DNA of 63,870 nt, counting the filler, from Lenisia limosa (lineage: Eukaryota > Protista > Breviatea), in NCBI GenBank assembly GCA_001655205.1. It is 13 parts of 13 records of this genome, joined end to end, with 100 filler letters (N's around TTAATTAATTAA, not from the genome) between each part and the next. Parts side by side here need not be neighbours in the genome. Positions count along the whole stretch, not along the records: positions 9,047 to 13,543 come from LPNZ01009588.1; positions 13,644 to 30,968 come from LPNZ01005102.1; 11 more parts are not named here. One strand, 5' to 3'. Positions 13,001 to 26,800 of the stretch are shown here, piece after piece. Positions within the stretch are counted from its first letter, which is position 1; each line of letters opens with the position of its first letter. The notes under the pieces are model-generated. The model was not told where the DNA came from and searched no databases. It saw only the letters and a list, made by a program, of their open reading frames with translations. The translations under genes and the position numbers were made by a program.

Positions 13001-13543
13001 TAACCACTGCGTCAGAGTAAGACACCTCAACCGGTGACGACACCGGGGCCTTCGGCGTAATCTGGCCTGAGGGGGGGGGGGGGGNNNNNNNNNNNNNNNN
13101 NNNNNNNNNNNNNNNNNNNNNNNNNNNNNNNNNNNNNNNNNNNNNNNNNNNNNNNNNNNNNNNNNNNNNNNNNNNNNNNNNNNNNNNNNNNNNNNNNNNN
13201 NNNNNNNNNNNNNNNNNNNNNNNNNNNNNNNNNNNNNNNNNNNNNNNNNNNNNNNNNNNNNNNNNNNNNNNNNNNNNNNNNNNNNNNNNNNNNNNNNNNN
13301 NNNNNNNNNNNNNNNNNNNNNNNNNNNNNNNNNNNNNNNNNNNNNNNNNNNNNNNNNNNNNNNNNNNNNNNNNNNNNNAGTTATGTATGATCAAAATAGA
13401 ATACTGGATTTATACGTCTGATCAGAATAGAATATGCCGACTTCGTAGAGGATCAATGGAATGCCCGATATTGACACCCTACCATCAAGCCTGAATGCCA
13501 CACGGGAAAGGTCCCCAATCTCGGTCCATACTGCTGTATCGCT
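10075..13543 (-). CDS. Large beta-rich protein fragment, possibly Ig-like/filamin-type repeats
   Basis: Minus exons: DTAVWTEIGDLSRVAFRLDGRVSISGIPLILYE, GQITPKAPVSSPVEVSYSDAVVIKAG, DLSKTTVQSPSKISAGDSLT, RTFTAQNVPLRSANITSTVTDL, GAHSMSVTLYSGTTNIGAYPGGNVGLEIDP, EEYNTLWEDIGRVDDKKQKSRRTTGWKILRRVPAE. The fold call is inference from T/S/V/G-rich composition. Confidence 0.45.
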
Positions 13544-13819
13544 NNNNNNNNNNNNNNNNNNNNNNNNNNNNNNNNNNNNNNNNNNNNTTAATTAATTAAN
13601 NNNNNNNNNNNNNNNNNNNNNNNNNNNNNNNNNNNNNNNNNNNTTTGCAAAACTGCCCGCCGGCGATCTTTTCAATTTTATTTTTTTGCAGCTGCCATTT
13701 TGCTCCCAGAACCTTGCTTATACCAAGAGAGATACTTTTTTTATTACAATTTATACCAGTGTGATTGGTAATCCACGCTTACAGAATTCAGGGAAAGTAT
13801 TTTTGTGGCTTTGAACACA

Positions 13820-16800
13820 ATGGCAGCCACTGAAAGATATGCTGAGAAGCTTCTCATCTTAAATGATGCAGCTCAAGGCCTTAAGGCTCGTCTGTTTAAT
13901 TTTAAGCGTAAAGTTGTTGATTCAAGCATGAGGCCCTGGTAAGTGTGATGATAAGCAAATATGTATTAATTTACGGAGATCTTATCTTCCAAGGTACCTT
14001 GAGAATAACGAAATGAAGAAGCTGAACGACAGTTTCATCAAACACTTCCCAGAAATACCTCCTACTCTTGAAAAGGTATTCTTTGGCCTGTTTTCATTGG
14101 ATTATGTTCGGATTATTTTGCCATTTCCTCAACAACGACTCATCTTTAGATCCCTGGCTACGAACAACTGATGGCAAAGTCACAGGCTATTATGGAGGAT
14201 ATCGAGCCTCATTACCACACCTTAGTTGATACTCTTGAGTTCAAGGAGAACGCCTTCCATCTCTTTACTGACATTTCTAACTCAATCTCCACAATGAAGG
14301 TTTGTTTTTGGCCCATTTATCCTTCCCTAACTGTTTCCTACCCTCTCTCAATTTACATTCCCCCACAAACAACCCACAAATAAGCCCTTGTAATGTTTCC
14401 AGTTCACAGTCAATCCCATGATCACTTCTGGTTTCATGAACCTTCTTGTTGACTATATCAAAATCCGTAAGCTGGTTTCAAAGTAGAATCAGTCCAAATA
14501 AGCAGAGTATCAAGGGGAGGGAAGATTAGTTTTGCTCAAGATGTTCAGTTCTCCTTCTCGGTAGCCTGCCTGACCGAAAGTTGTGCTGCAGTTACTATGC
14601 ACGTGCCCATGCTCTTGCCAAGCGTGTCCCTGATACCAACTTCTCAAGGTTCGCCTTACATAACTAATAAAATGTCAATATAATAATGCTTCATTGCCCT
14701 CAGTCACAATTTTTCAGAGTTGCGTTGTTCATGAGTGAGTATGACAATCCTTTCCGCCGTATCCAAGAGGAGTTTATGAGTATTTCATCTCGTGTTGGAG
14801 TATGTTGGGATGGGTGGAAGAAGTGCGGGTTGATCTGGGAGCGTTACTATAGAAACGTACTACTGTGAATTGCTTCTACTTGATACTGCCTGTTCTCTTT
14901 CTCATTTCTGTATTGTTTTTTTTTTTCTCTTCTTATCTCCCCAGGAAGTGCTCTCAGCGTTGATTATGCCGTACAGCATCCAACGAAATCTTGGAGACCT
15001 TCGCAAAAATGCCCATCTCATCATTACCGCCAAGCCTGACCAGATTTCTTCTTCATCTTCCAACATTGTAGGCCTTTTTCTACCCTTTTTCACCCACTCA
15101 GTTCCTTCATGAGCAAATGCGTATGCACCAGTTCCAAGAATGGGTTATTTTCGGACTACTCTTCTGCCCCAATGAGTTGGCTAATGCGGTTCGTTGGGGT
15201 TTTGCTCTTCGGAATTAGCGTCCCTAGTATAGCGGGTTAAAATGTACAGATCTTGTGAAGTTACAGCTTTGAAAAAAAAGTGATTAATGATTGCAGTCTT
15301 TGATGGAGCTTCTCAAGCAGGCTTTGCAGGAAGGATGGGTCCAGCCAATTTACAGAGACGAAGTAAGTCCTTCTTTTGTTTTCAAGACCAGCCCCCCCCC
15401 ACCCGACGAAAATCTTGAGATACAGATAATATCAAAAAACCAAAAAACATCTCGTTTTTAACCCTGCAGTCATTCTCAGTACATGCTGAGTATGAAACCC
15501 TCTTTGGATGGTTTAAGGGCTCTAACGTGAAGCTCTCGCAGCACAAGAAGGTTTGCACTTTTATATTAGAAGCCACTGATAGTTTAGGTACTTCCAGAAG
15601 CCCTCCAGAATGCCATCACTAACGGCCCAAAGATCCATCGGTTTGGGGTGTCATGGAGGGCAGCTTCTAAGCTCAACATATCTTATGCACATGCTAGTTT
15701 TTTAACGTCGTTTTTTTTACCTTCGTAGCCTCATGGATTGTTGTGAATTCTTTTTATTCATCAATAATATTGTTTCACTCCGTTATATCACAATATTTTC
15801 ATCATGCCTGGAAGTAGCAACATGAACCATGCCTTGGAATATCTATGTACATTAACCATGCCTTGAAATAGGTAATACATTAACCAAGCCTTGAAATAGC
15901 TATGTACATTAACCAAGCCTTGAAATAGCAACATGTGTATTAACCATGTGCATTGACCATGCAGCGAACGCCGCATCTTCTGCCGCCAGGAACTTCAGAC
16001 GCTGTGCAACATTATCAAACTCCATCCCGGTCTAGTCTGCCCCAAACTTCCCGTGGGCACTGTTTCATGTTTCTCTACTGTATTCAGAACAAGATCTAAC
16101 ATCGTAGGCTGCTCTTTCTCTGCTCTCAATGGCTGTGGGTGAACTAAACTGGTTCTACTCTCATGCCGGCAAAGCCCCTCCGAAGTCAAAGGCAAAGTAG
16201 GTTGCGAACTGCCTGGCATGCTTACTTGTCAGGCTCAAGGAGGACGAAATGAAGGACGCAGAAATCAACGAATTGGTACATTTAGTGGTTCAGGTGCATG
16301 ATGTCATCAATGCAAACAAATCTAGTAGGCGTGGCCTTCTTGTGCCTCAGGTTTGACCCTCAGTGATCAACGTGTACTATGCCGAGTACCTCAACACCAT
16401 CGATGTCAAGGCCATCGAGCCTCTTATCGGTTTGTTGAGGGTTGAATCTGTCCACAGATTATGACACCAATGATTGAATTCAATGTTCGGAGCGAAGCAA
16501 CTCCATGTTTCATGATAATAGAGGATTGTCGTTCCAAGAACCTTCCCGACAATCTCAAGAACCTTCTCGGCAATTTGGTCAGTGACCTGAAGGCTATCAA
16601 GGTTGCCGACTCTAAGGTATGCCGCCGGCGTTATAAGCAAACCTTGGAACCTGGGTATCGCGGCTCACAACCCAGGCCGGGAAGAAAATTGAAATGACAG
16701 CTCTCCGTCTCAACTGGCTGAGAGCCGAAGCCGCGCTTTCTTCAGCCACCATGCCCCTGAGAATCGGCGATATCACCGTTTGGGAGGTTCAGAGAAAAAG

Positions 16801-19800
16801 CTTTTTTTGCTTTCTCATATCTGAGTGTGTTCTAATTTTTTTTTTTTTTTTTTTTAGCCNNNNNNNNNNNNNNNNNNNNNNNNNNNNNNNNNNNNNNNNN
16901 NNNNNNNNNNNNNNNNNNNNNNNNNNNNNNNNTTCCAAGTTCCTGGACCGTTTCTCTGATGCTGTGGACGAATTTACCTCTCTCAAGAACTTATGGTAAA
17001 AAGCGGCAGAGTTAGCAAAATTACCATCCAGGTGGTACCGTGACGCCATGCTCAAGGAGCTCCAGAATAACATCAAAAGCCCTGGACAGGGTCACGTTTG
17101 GATATCTGTCCTGAAGTCCTTCAACTACGCCTCTGAAAACGCCACAAGGCAGCTTCCTGGTGGGGGTACTGGGAAATATCCTTTTCAATATTGTCTGCTA
17201 TTGACATGCCATACTTTGCTGATAGTGCAGGTGAACGCGGATTTCTGGGCAAGGTTGCATGTGAGCTGACGAATCGCACTCTGCAGCAGGTCTCAGTGCA
17301 TGTGGCCCAGATCATCACCAAGGCTTGCCAGCGGTACGCCCCTTCTCAGTCAACTCCGGATAAGGATTGTCTACTGAAAAGCTAATTCTTCAGAATCACA
17401 GGGCTTGCGTTCGAGGCCTCTGCTGTCCAAGCCGAACTCCCGAAGCCTAAGAATCTCAAGTCCAAGTCCAAGGATGAGGCTGTGGTGGGCGGCCATGCTG
17501 ATAAACGTATTGTCTCATGTGGTGCAAAAGATGCAATAGCATAATATGCAGAAAACTGATAAGAGAAGAATATTATAATTCAACCAGGCCGCCAAGCCAA
17601 AGCCCGGCCGCGAGTCCTACTTCCACGGATCCAATCCCGTGACGGACGAGCTTGACAACATCGAAACCAACCTCTGCAAGCTCCTTTCGGCGGTGTCGTC
17701 TCTTCCCGATGGCGTATTTACCGTGTACAACCACGTGTTCTGCCCTGCCACTGTGGGCACGGCGGCTACTCGTTACATTAAGTCTTGAAATGGCCATCCT
17801 TCACTCTTTAGTTCCTCCAAGATCGACTCCTCATTCTCCTCCGCAATCACACCCGTTCAGCCTGCAAGGTTGGCTCTTCTTCTCTCTCATGTTTATGGAA
17901 CTGGAATGACGTTGCAGTTTGACATGAAGGAGGGCCATATTGAACGCCCGTCAGTTGTTCTCAAGCACATCGAGCATATGACTTATGCAATCACCCGCGT
18001 CACCAACCTTGGTTGGCTAGCTCCATTAGACAGACATCTCAAAGGCAGTATTTGACTTCTTACTTTCTAGTCAATATTGAGGCTGGTGTCATTCTGCGCG
18101 AAGTGCTCAGCGACACTCTCAGACCCCTTCCCAAGGTATGTTGTTTGATGGTCTTAATATCATATCATATAGCTAGCTATAGTATGCATTCGATATGATA
18201 AAATGATATTCCTAATTTTGTAGGATAATACTGGAAACGTGTTCTACTGGTACAAGGCCTTCTACACGAATCTATTTGTCCGTCAGTGTCAGGCTAGTAG
18301 CTGCACCACTTACTCGCCCCTTAGAAAAGCATGGATGTCGTAGGAGGAGGGGTGTATTATACAATAGACTAAATTGAAGATTTCCAAGATGTTCATCTGT
18401 TGGGGTGTATTATACAATAGACTAAATTGAAGATTTCCAAGATGTTCATCTGTTAAGGGTCCCTGGTACCCCGATGAAGCAAATGATTGGAATGTACACA
18501 GACCCCGAGGAACTCCGAGCCTTAGCAAGCATCATCGGCCCTATTGGTAAGAGGCCGCGGGTTTTCTTTTCTTTTCAGCGTTATTTCCTTTTTTGGAAAG
18601 ACTGAATGTCATTTATGTTATTGTTATTGATGTTAGGTATTCGCGTGATCTGCAACGATCTCTCGACCCGTGCCGTGGACATTGTCGCCAACGAGGGAAT
18701 TCAGAAGTTCATTGTCGACAACCGGTCTCTCCTCGAGGACCTCTCAAGAAACTACCATTCCGCTGACGCAGTGTAGGCTGTTTGTTGTTTTTTTGTGTTT
18801 TTTTTTTCGCATCTTGTATTGATAGCATAATAAATATTTTCATGTTTGTTCCAAGAAAATTTTGGGTTTTTTTTTTACTTTTTTTTTGAAGCATTACCAC
18901 ATGCCTCACGTAGCAGACTGGACATCTCGCGGAAGATCAAGAACATCGACGACATTGTGACCCGACTAGTTCTGTTCGGTAACCTGCACATGGCACGCAA
19001 GGAGCTCATTGAGGCTGCTGGATACGTCATGAAGAGGGACATGCCGGAAACGTTCGACACCCTCAATGAAGCCGTGGGCGGGCCGGTTTTAATTTTTAAT
19101 TTCAGGGTGAACCCCCCCCCCCCCCNNNNNNNNNNNNNNNNNNNNNNNNNNNNNNNNNNNNNNNNNNNNNNNNNNNNNNNNNNNNNNNNNNNNNNNNNNN
19201 NNNNNNNNNNNNNNNNNNNNNNTCAACAGCTACGGCTACACAGTTCTCAACGAATGCGATAACGCATGCATGGCTGCAGGAATCAACATCTCCCCAGCCG
19301 ACCCCATGCTCTTCTCTCAGTTCAAGAAGTACTGTAGTAGGCAATTGGGTTGCGTGCGACTTCATATATTATAATATACTACATATATATGATATATTCA
19401 ATTAGAATCCCAAAAAAACAAAGGAAGGAGTTTATCAATATTGCAAGGACAGTATCTGCTTTGACCCTGCAATTTTGTGAGATTCCTCTTTGTGACACTA
19501 TTCAGGTACCGCTACGGACGCCTCCATTTGGGCTCTTCTTCCCCAGGTCTTCTCGTTGTGCTTCTTTAGTCAGATTGTAGGCGGACAAAAAACGTGACAC
19601 TTGTCATATCTTGGGATGGAATTCTTGGGATCTATTTGTCGTTTGGATGATTTCCCCCTGTGTGTTCGACCTTGACGATGATAGTGGAGAGATGCGTCGT
19701 TCCACAGTACCATTGAGGCGTATTCCAACAACCTGTCCGTGTTTCCTCTTGCCATGGCCAAGCTGCTGACAGTTTCCTCTGCTCATGCCGCCACTATCAT

Positions 19801-20341
19801 TAAGACCGAAGGCGACCTCACTGTGCGTTGTTTGGGATGAGCCCTCAATTGAGCTTTTGGGTACAGTCTTACACATGTAGTTGAATGACAAGCTAATTGT
19901 CACAAAGATCAAAGAAACGTTCACCAACATGTCTGCAGTTCTCTTGAAGTTTGCTAGGAGGATTGGACAGTCATTTTTGACTGAGCCTGTACAGAGAGTG
20001 ACAATTCAGGTATCCGAAGGATGGGAAGGGATCCGGGCGCGACATCTCAACAATGCTTGTCTGTGTTGATAAGGTTGGTACTGGATGACAAGCTGAGTCT
20101 TGGCTTTATGCACAGGTTGTGATTGGTGTAGATGCTGGCAGAGCTGAGCCCCTATGTTGTTCGTTCAGACTTCGACCCGCATTTCCCTTATGCCCTCATT
20201 AGAAACGCTTATACCAGTCTTTACAAGGCCAAGAGAAATCTCAAGGTTCGTGCGTCTTATCAATATAAAAACAAGACATTTCTCACCCCCCAGGCCAAGG
20301 AAGAGAACCAATCAGGCGCACCGGGCGAGGAGGGCGAGTAG
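13820..20341 (+). CDS. NCKAP1: NAP1 / Nck-associated protein 1 (HEM family), WAVE/SCAR complex subunit; apparently complete, ~35 short introns
   Basis: N-terminus MAATERYAEKLLILNDAAQGLKARLFNFKR matches the NCKAP1 start (LAEKLTILND...RLYN). C-terminus LAELSPYVVRSDFDPHFPYALIRNAYTSLYK matches ESPFL...FPYVLLRNAYHAVYK. The first splices checked (13939-13993, 14076-14149) keep frame; TAG at 20339-20341. Confidence 0.95.
15815..15955. repeat. Tandem repeat, ~30-bp unit, in a NAP1 intron
   Basis: (T)ACATTAACCA(T/A)GCCTTGAAATAG repeated about four times. Confidence 0.8.
18349..18454. repeat. 53-bp tandem duplication in a NAP1 intron
   Basis: GGGGTGTATTATACAATAGACTAAATTGAAGATTTCCAAGATGTTCATCTGTT x2. 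Confidence 0.9.
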
Positions 20342-20629
20342 ACTTTGTTTTTTCTAATACTATGTATTGTATTTATCTGTCAAAAGTTATTGATTATTGA
20401 TAAATGTCTTTATTCCTCAATATTATATCATCCTAAAACTTCATTTTAATTATTCACACCAAAAATCACTCTTGGAAACAATTCAATTAGAATAATAAAA
20501 AGAGCATCTTAATCACATCAAATAATAAAAGCAAAATACACAACCTAAATATCAGAAAAAAAAAGGGAAAACAAACAGATCAGAAAACATATAATACTGC
20601 GAAATCGCCAAACTCAAAATATGGAGTCT

Positions 20630-23016
20630 TCAAGGGACCAGCTGCTGCGTAGAGTTCAGCTGAGAAACATTTGTTTTGAGCTTCAACATTGGGGTTGTCC
20701 TAGGGCATGAGTGCATTAGACATCAGCCTACTGCATGAGTGAACAAGCGGCTTCACGGAGACGCTCCGGTACGGACTTGCCGGACCCACGGTCATGAATC
20801 TTTTTATGTCTGACAAGGGCTCCTCGGGTTGTGAACCGCTAATCATGAGAGGACTTAACTGATGCTAGCAAACCTTCTCGCAGATGATGCAAGGGAAAGG
20901 TCTCTCTCCGGTATGCGTTCGCATATGAACATTGAGCACGGACTTTCGGGTGAAGGATTTTCCACACCTGGGTAATAAAAACACTGTACCGTCAGCCTTA
21001 CTCTTGGCACTCGAATGGTCTCTCCTTATCATGGATGGAGCGAATGTGTTCGACAAGGTGGCATTTCTGACTAAAAGTCCGGCCGCAGTCGTCACGGTCA
21101 CAGATAAATGCACGTGATGTCGATTCTGGCAGTTACAACAGATCAACTTCAAGCTTACCATTTTTGGGGCTGGTGTGAGTTCGAGAATGGAGCGAAAACG
21201 CCCGCTTTGATTTGAAGAGTTGTCCACACCCCTTTACCCTTGAAGATGTTACAAAGAGAACAGTATGGTACAGGGTAGAGAACAAATTCATCAACTAAGA
21301 ATTGCATATGATATGTCAAAAGCACTTCAAAGTATAGTATCCTTTTACACCTCAATGTATTCCATTTTTGTTACAGGTTGCCTCTCTCCGCAAACGGGCA
21401 ATACCAGTCTTCATCTTCTTCCTCCGGTATCATGAACGAGGACTGCGGCGCAATGGGCGCTTGTGGAGGTGGGGCCTATTGTTTGATTAAGGAATGCGAC
21501 CCCATAAACATGGATGATTGGTAAGCAAGCCTCACCCACCTGAGGAATTTGAATTGCGTTGTTGCGGTTAAATGTCAGTCCAAAATGCTCAGCCAGCGTA
21601 ACTTGAGCCTGCAGCGTAAAAAGGATACCATCGGAATGTCACACACAACAAAAAAGCGCAGTGTCGGCACAATGACACATTCCTTTATGAGCACCCCTCA
21701 GGTAATATTTAGTTTGTTATCTTAGAATGCCCAAGAAAATGACACCCGACAAACCTGTGGAGGCCTGTAGGCAGGCATCGAAGGCAGAGGAGGGGGCTGG
21801 AAGCCGAGAGAATTGTTTTGCTGCTGTAAGGCAACCATAAGCTGAGGGCCAAGGTTGCTGACGTCAAAGTCCTGTTGAAACTATGGGCATTATACAACAA
21901 ATATATAAGCTTCATTCATGCTGAAACGGTCGATATCCTGAAAAATCCCCCAGAGGGCGGGCATTCAGAATATGCCGAAACAATAAACAAAGTGACAAGC
22001 ATAGTGATACCAAACCTGTAAGGGGGTCTGAGCAAAGGGCTGAACTTGGGGCTGGTGCGAATACATGACATCCATAGGATCGAAAGCATAACAATCATAA
22101 GGCTGGGTGGCACCAGGAACATGGGTGTGCTCGGAGGAAGCTGCCATTGGCCAGTCAACTTCAGCGGCTCCATGGCGTCCATAAGCAAGGGGCTCTTCCT
22201 CAAATGGTTTCTCAAGGCTTAGGGTGCTTTCAGTGTGAGGAAGGGGAGGAAGGGGTCCCTCATGCTTGATGTAGTCATTCTGAAAAGATATTAGCGAAGA
22301 GTATGGCAAAAAACAGATTAAATCAGACATAAAAGCAAATTAGCTGGAAGAGCAGAGTCTTATTTACAAAACAGAAAACAGAAAAGACGATTGGTGAAAT
22401 CAATTGACCCTAAGCATAGAACAAGTTCATTATTACTACTACTCACTTCATAAGAAGTACTTCCCCAAGGGTGGTCTGCTTCAAGAGCGCATCTAGTTTC
22501 ATCTAAAAAGGTGACATTTCCAAACTCGCTAATTCTGAGTCTTAAGTGATGAATGCTATGCAGTAATTAAACCACAACGTTAATCCCGTTGAACAAACCG
22601 AAAATGAAGTTTGTGTCGAGTGCCGAGTCCATTTAGAAGATCTCAATCTTCCCGTTCACTTATAGAATACCGGTGCCAAACTGGTGCTAATCTCTCAATA
22701 CAATATAACACCCTTTTACCCCAAAATTATCTTGGAACTTGGAAAAATGACAAAAATGAAAAAAGAAAAAATCACCGACAGATGTGTTCCAGAATATTCC
22801 GGGAATCTTGGTCCGCTGCTTCACTGTCCATTTGACCGGGTCAACTTCGCCTGCTGCCCTTCCTCTTGTCGTCGCTTGGCCCAGTGACCACGGCCTCTTT
22901 TTCTCTTTTTGTTTCTCCTCTTGATCAGCAGCAGGTAGGGTTTGACTTACACAGCTTACTGCCGGAATGAACCGGTCATGGCGCCCGCGCGGCGCGCAGC
23001 CATCAATCTTGATCAT
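20630..23016 (-). CDS. C2H2 zinc-finger transcription factor with about four C-terminal fingers
   Basis: Spliced fingers: [19 protein letters not shown]; [31 protein letters not shown]; [28 protein letters not shown] (canonical TGERP linker); [24 protein letters not shown]-terminal basic patch [14 protein letters not shown]. Start and stop positions are tentative. Confidence 0.85.
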
Positions 23017-23839
23017 AGATGATCTAAAAGGGATAAAAATTTGGGTGAGGGTGGGGGAATCAGGGGGGACGCCGAAATTTGTTTTTTTTTTTTTGTTGAC
23101 TGTTGACATTAGTGAGTGATTCTTTTTCCGAATTTTTCTTGTCTCTTATTTGGTATTCTTCGAGGTCCGTGATAAAAAGGGTATAAAACCATTCTAACGA
23201 GTATTATTACCAGTAGAGTCGTATCGTCTTTTAATCAGCCCCAATTTCACTTTCTTTTTCACTTTCCTGTCACGTTGCTGATTAAATCTGGACTTAAATA
23301 GTTATAAGTAAAGAACTCACAGTATTTCCTTGAGTTTCCAGTGATAGCCCAAAATCATCTCAAATTGTGATGGCGATTTGGTTGGAAACCATATATACAC
23401 AATTTCAATGCGTCAGCAGTCCAACTTTGGATAGCAAAGCGACAGGGAAGTGAAAAGTGCAGCTTAAGACGCGAATGCCAAATAAAGAGAGATAATTTTT
23501 CAAAACAAATTCATGAAATCATGAAATGAAACATTATCATCAAGAAAAATCTTCAGAGATCCGAGATCATGCTTACCCTTCATTAGCGCGCCCCCTTGGG
23601 AGGAATTGCCTTCTGAAAAACAAACAATTAAGTAACAAATACAAAACGAATAACTGGGGAATAAAACGAGTAAACGACACGCCGCCCTTCAGGCTGATAG
23701 ACAGTGGTACTTTTCGTTGCACATCAGTCACACACAATGAATGTGGTTGTTTATTACGCAACGTATTTATCGTACAGAGAAGGTTGGAGTGAAGCAACTG
23801 GCCTCTGGCTTACTTTGTAGAACCTTCACCCCTTCCTTG

Positions 23840-26800
23840 CTTCCCCCAGAATAATGTCGAGGAAGTAATTCAGAACTGCCACCCAAGGTTCCTTTTAATC
23901 ACAGTATAACTTTTTAGTATAAGGGAAGAGCCCACAACCCGGATAACTGTTGAATCAGTTGACGTTAAACCTCCTACTGTTGACTCTCAGCCTCCTCCTC
24001 CTCAACCCAAAATTAATCAATGTGAGATGGTGTTCTCTTCAGAATAACTTTATGCTCTTCTCACGTCTTTTAGTTCCAAAAAGTGACGGTGCTTTGGTTC
24101 CTTACTTCTTTGCAGCCCTCTCATGCTTATCATGTTTGTTCCTCTAAAACTGTTACTGTTTAGCCCTGTCACCCTTACCATGTCTTGACAACTTGGAAGA
24201 AATCCAGAATCATGACACTTTGATAGAGGTCAAGAATAACAACAACTTGGAAGAAGTTGACAGTATTGCTAATTTGGAGGTAGAGGAGTGCCACCCCATC
24301 CCCCAGCAGATCGATAAGAAGCAAGTTGAACCAGTAACGATCAAGGCTAAGCCCAGAAATAAAACAGACAGTAGGGATTGGTAATACATCTTGTTGTTTC
24401 CCTTGAATTTATAACATATTTAGCCCTCAACCCTCAACTTGCTGCCTATCACTTTTCACTCATCTCCTTCACTCACAGTTTGACCTTAAAAATATTATCA
24501 TTATTTACCTACTAGTTCCTGCCCCTCTGCCTTGTTTACTCCGTGAATATTCCGATGTTGTTGAGTCCTCTGATGCTGGGGAAGTTGTCCATGTTGTTGA
24601 GTCCTCTGATGCTGGGGAAGTTAACCATGTTGTTGAAGAGCCTGGACCTAATGTGGAGGAAGTGATTGTCCAAGAAACCATCACCTCCAATATCAAACCT
24701 CCTCAGAACAAATCTGGTTTGCTCCTTTTGAGTTCTCATAAGTGTAGTCCGAATCATTGTCCCCAACCCTCAACTTGTTGCTTATCACTTTTCGCTTATC
24801 TCTTCAACCCACGGTAAGTATGTGAATGCTCTGCTAACCCAGCAGTCCTCTTCTCTCTTCCAGTCTTGTCTCAAGCATGGCCTAGGCCACATACACAACT
24901 TGAAGAAACCGGTGAACCTGCAGGTATCGTAGATGAGACAACCCCAGCCCCTGTTCCCAATGTTAAAATGTAAACGCAAAGATCATGTTTACTTTTCAGT
25001 ACTCCCCTTGAAGCTGTTGCTATTATTTCAGAGCACCTCAAATCGGTTCCCTCTACTCCGGCTTCTTCGCTGTCAGAACTACTCTCTGCTGCTCAGATGG
25101 ATGACTTGTCGGATCTGCAATTTGCCCAAAAAGAGAAATTTGTTAACCAGTTCTCGGATTTAGCGAAGCAGACAATCGACTTATTGAGCATGCTAGATGT
25201 TATCAAGATCACTGACGGGAATGTTTTTTGGGCGTAGGCTGAGGATATACTGAGTGGCTTTCCTTATCCTTCTTAGAGTGGGCAAGCCATCCACCGATAA
25301 TGATGCTCTGTTGGCAATGGATTTTGCTGGTGGGTCTGGCGTTCATAGTATCGTTAGTTATTGTTAAGGCAAAACAATTGGGTGAATATACTACCACATA
25401 CTGTGTCAGGATCCTTTATAAGTATGATGTTTTACACGGCTTCTACCTGATATTATATTTATTATCATATTATACTTTTACTTTGATATAATCTTGTAGT
25501 GTATGCACTATGATATAGTATTACATCTATTATACATGTATCATATCATACATATGTACATACTGTGACTGCGATAAGTCTTGACTCGGATAATGAGAGT
25601 TTTCTTTTGTCAATCGTGTCAGGATTTATCGCGAACAGTGTACGTTTCTCATCATGCAACTGGGTTAGAATCCTTGTGTTCTTTGGCTTATTTATAGTGC
25701 GAATGGCATCACTTGAAGCGCAAAACGCCAAAATCAAGGCCAAAACAGTTGAACTCGAAGCACAAGTACAACAGCTGCCAGCACTAAAGGCAAAATCTAC
25801 CCGGCTTCAAGAGGTTGAATCGCGTCTCCCTGAACTGGAGTTGAAGGCGCTGAAAAGCGAGAAAGTTGACGGCCTTGTTTCTGAAGTGGCAAAGTTGGCG
25901 TCATGCATCGGACCAGTTATGACTTTTATAGGTTGGAAGAAGAGCGGAATTCTCTTGTTCTCTCTCGGGCTGGGGTCGAACAGGAGCTGGAGGCAACGAA
26001 AACGAGACTGGGGAGCGCGACCGTTCGAATTGACGGACTTTTGACCGAAGTGGACAATATCACGGCCAAAGTCCAGGTGAGAAAGATTGTGTATTGTCAT
26101 CAAGCAGGAGAAACAGTCCGAAGTGGAAAAATCAATCGCCTCTGAGTTGGAACTGAAAGACATTGTTCGTCGCTGCAATGACGACATCGCCTCTTACAAA
26201 ACGGCAGTGATGGAGGTGGGTACTTTGATTGTTCGTAACGTTCAGCTTGAAACTGAGGCGCGTAAGAACAGAATAACCGCAGTTGAGGAGAAAGAAAAGG
26301 CTCGGCTTGCAACTAACAGGTATTTCTGTCGTACATGAATATGTGACTTACTCTTTTAGATGCGAAGCTGCAGAGGCTGAAAGAGCTGTTGCCGAGGTTG
26401 GCAGCAGTCGTGGTTTTCTTGTTTTCTTCTTATTCACTTACCATTTAGGGTGGACTTGCTGAGTTTGAATCTAAGAATAACATTTTGACTTCCAGAGTGG
26501 ACGAAATCGAGGTAAGATTATCAAATTTTAGAATCCTTCTTACCGTATAGTCTGAAAATGGGGAACTGAAGAGCAAGGTCGAGGGTCTCACTACGACAAA
26601 CGCTGAATTGTAAGCAAAACGTGAAATTATTGCGGATTTCTATACTATCTTGATCAAACTCCTCTGCCTCTCCGCAGAGGCAGTAAGAGTTAAAGATGTG
26701 CTGGTGCATTGAGCATATCTTTATTTATTGTTATTTTTGTGTTTCTCTGTGTCTTCGTTCATCATTTCGACAAAGTCGATCATTTTATTATAGCATTAGG

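Noticed and set aside
24424-24813. Double-cysteine (PQPSTCCLSLF) palmitoylation-like motif
   Set aside because: That frame is incompatible with the downstream exon; the splice-consistent frame reads NPQLxAYHFSLIS.
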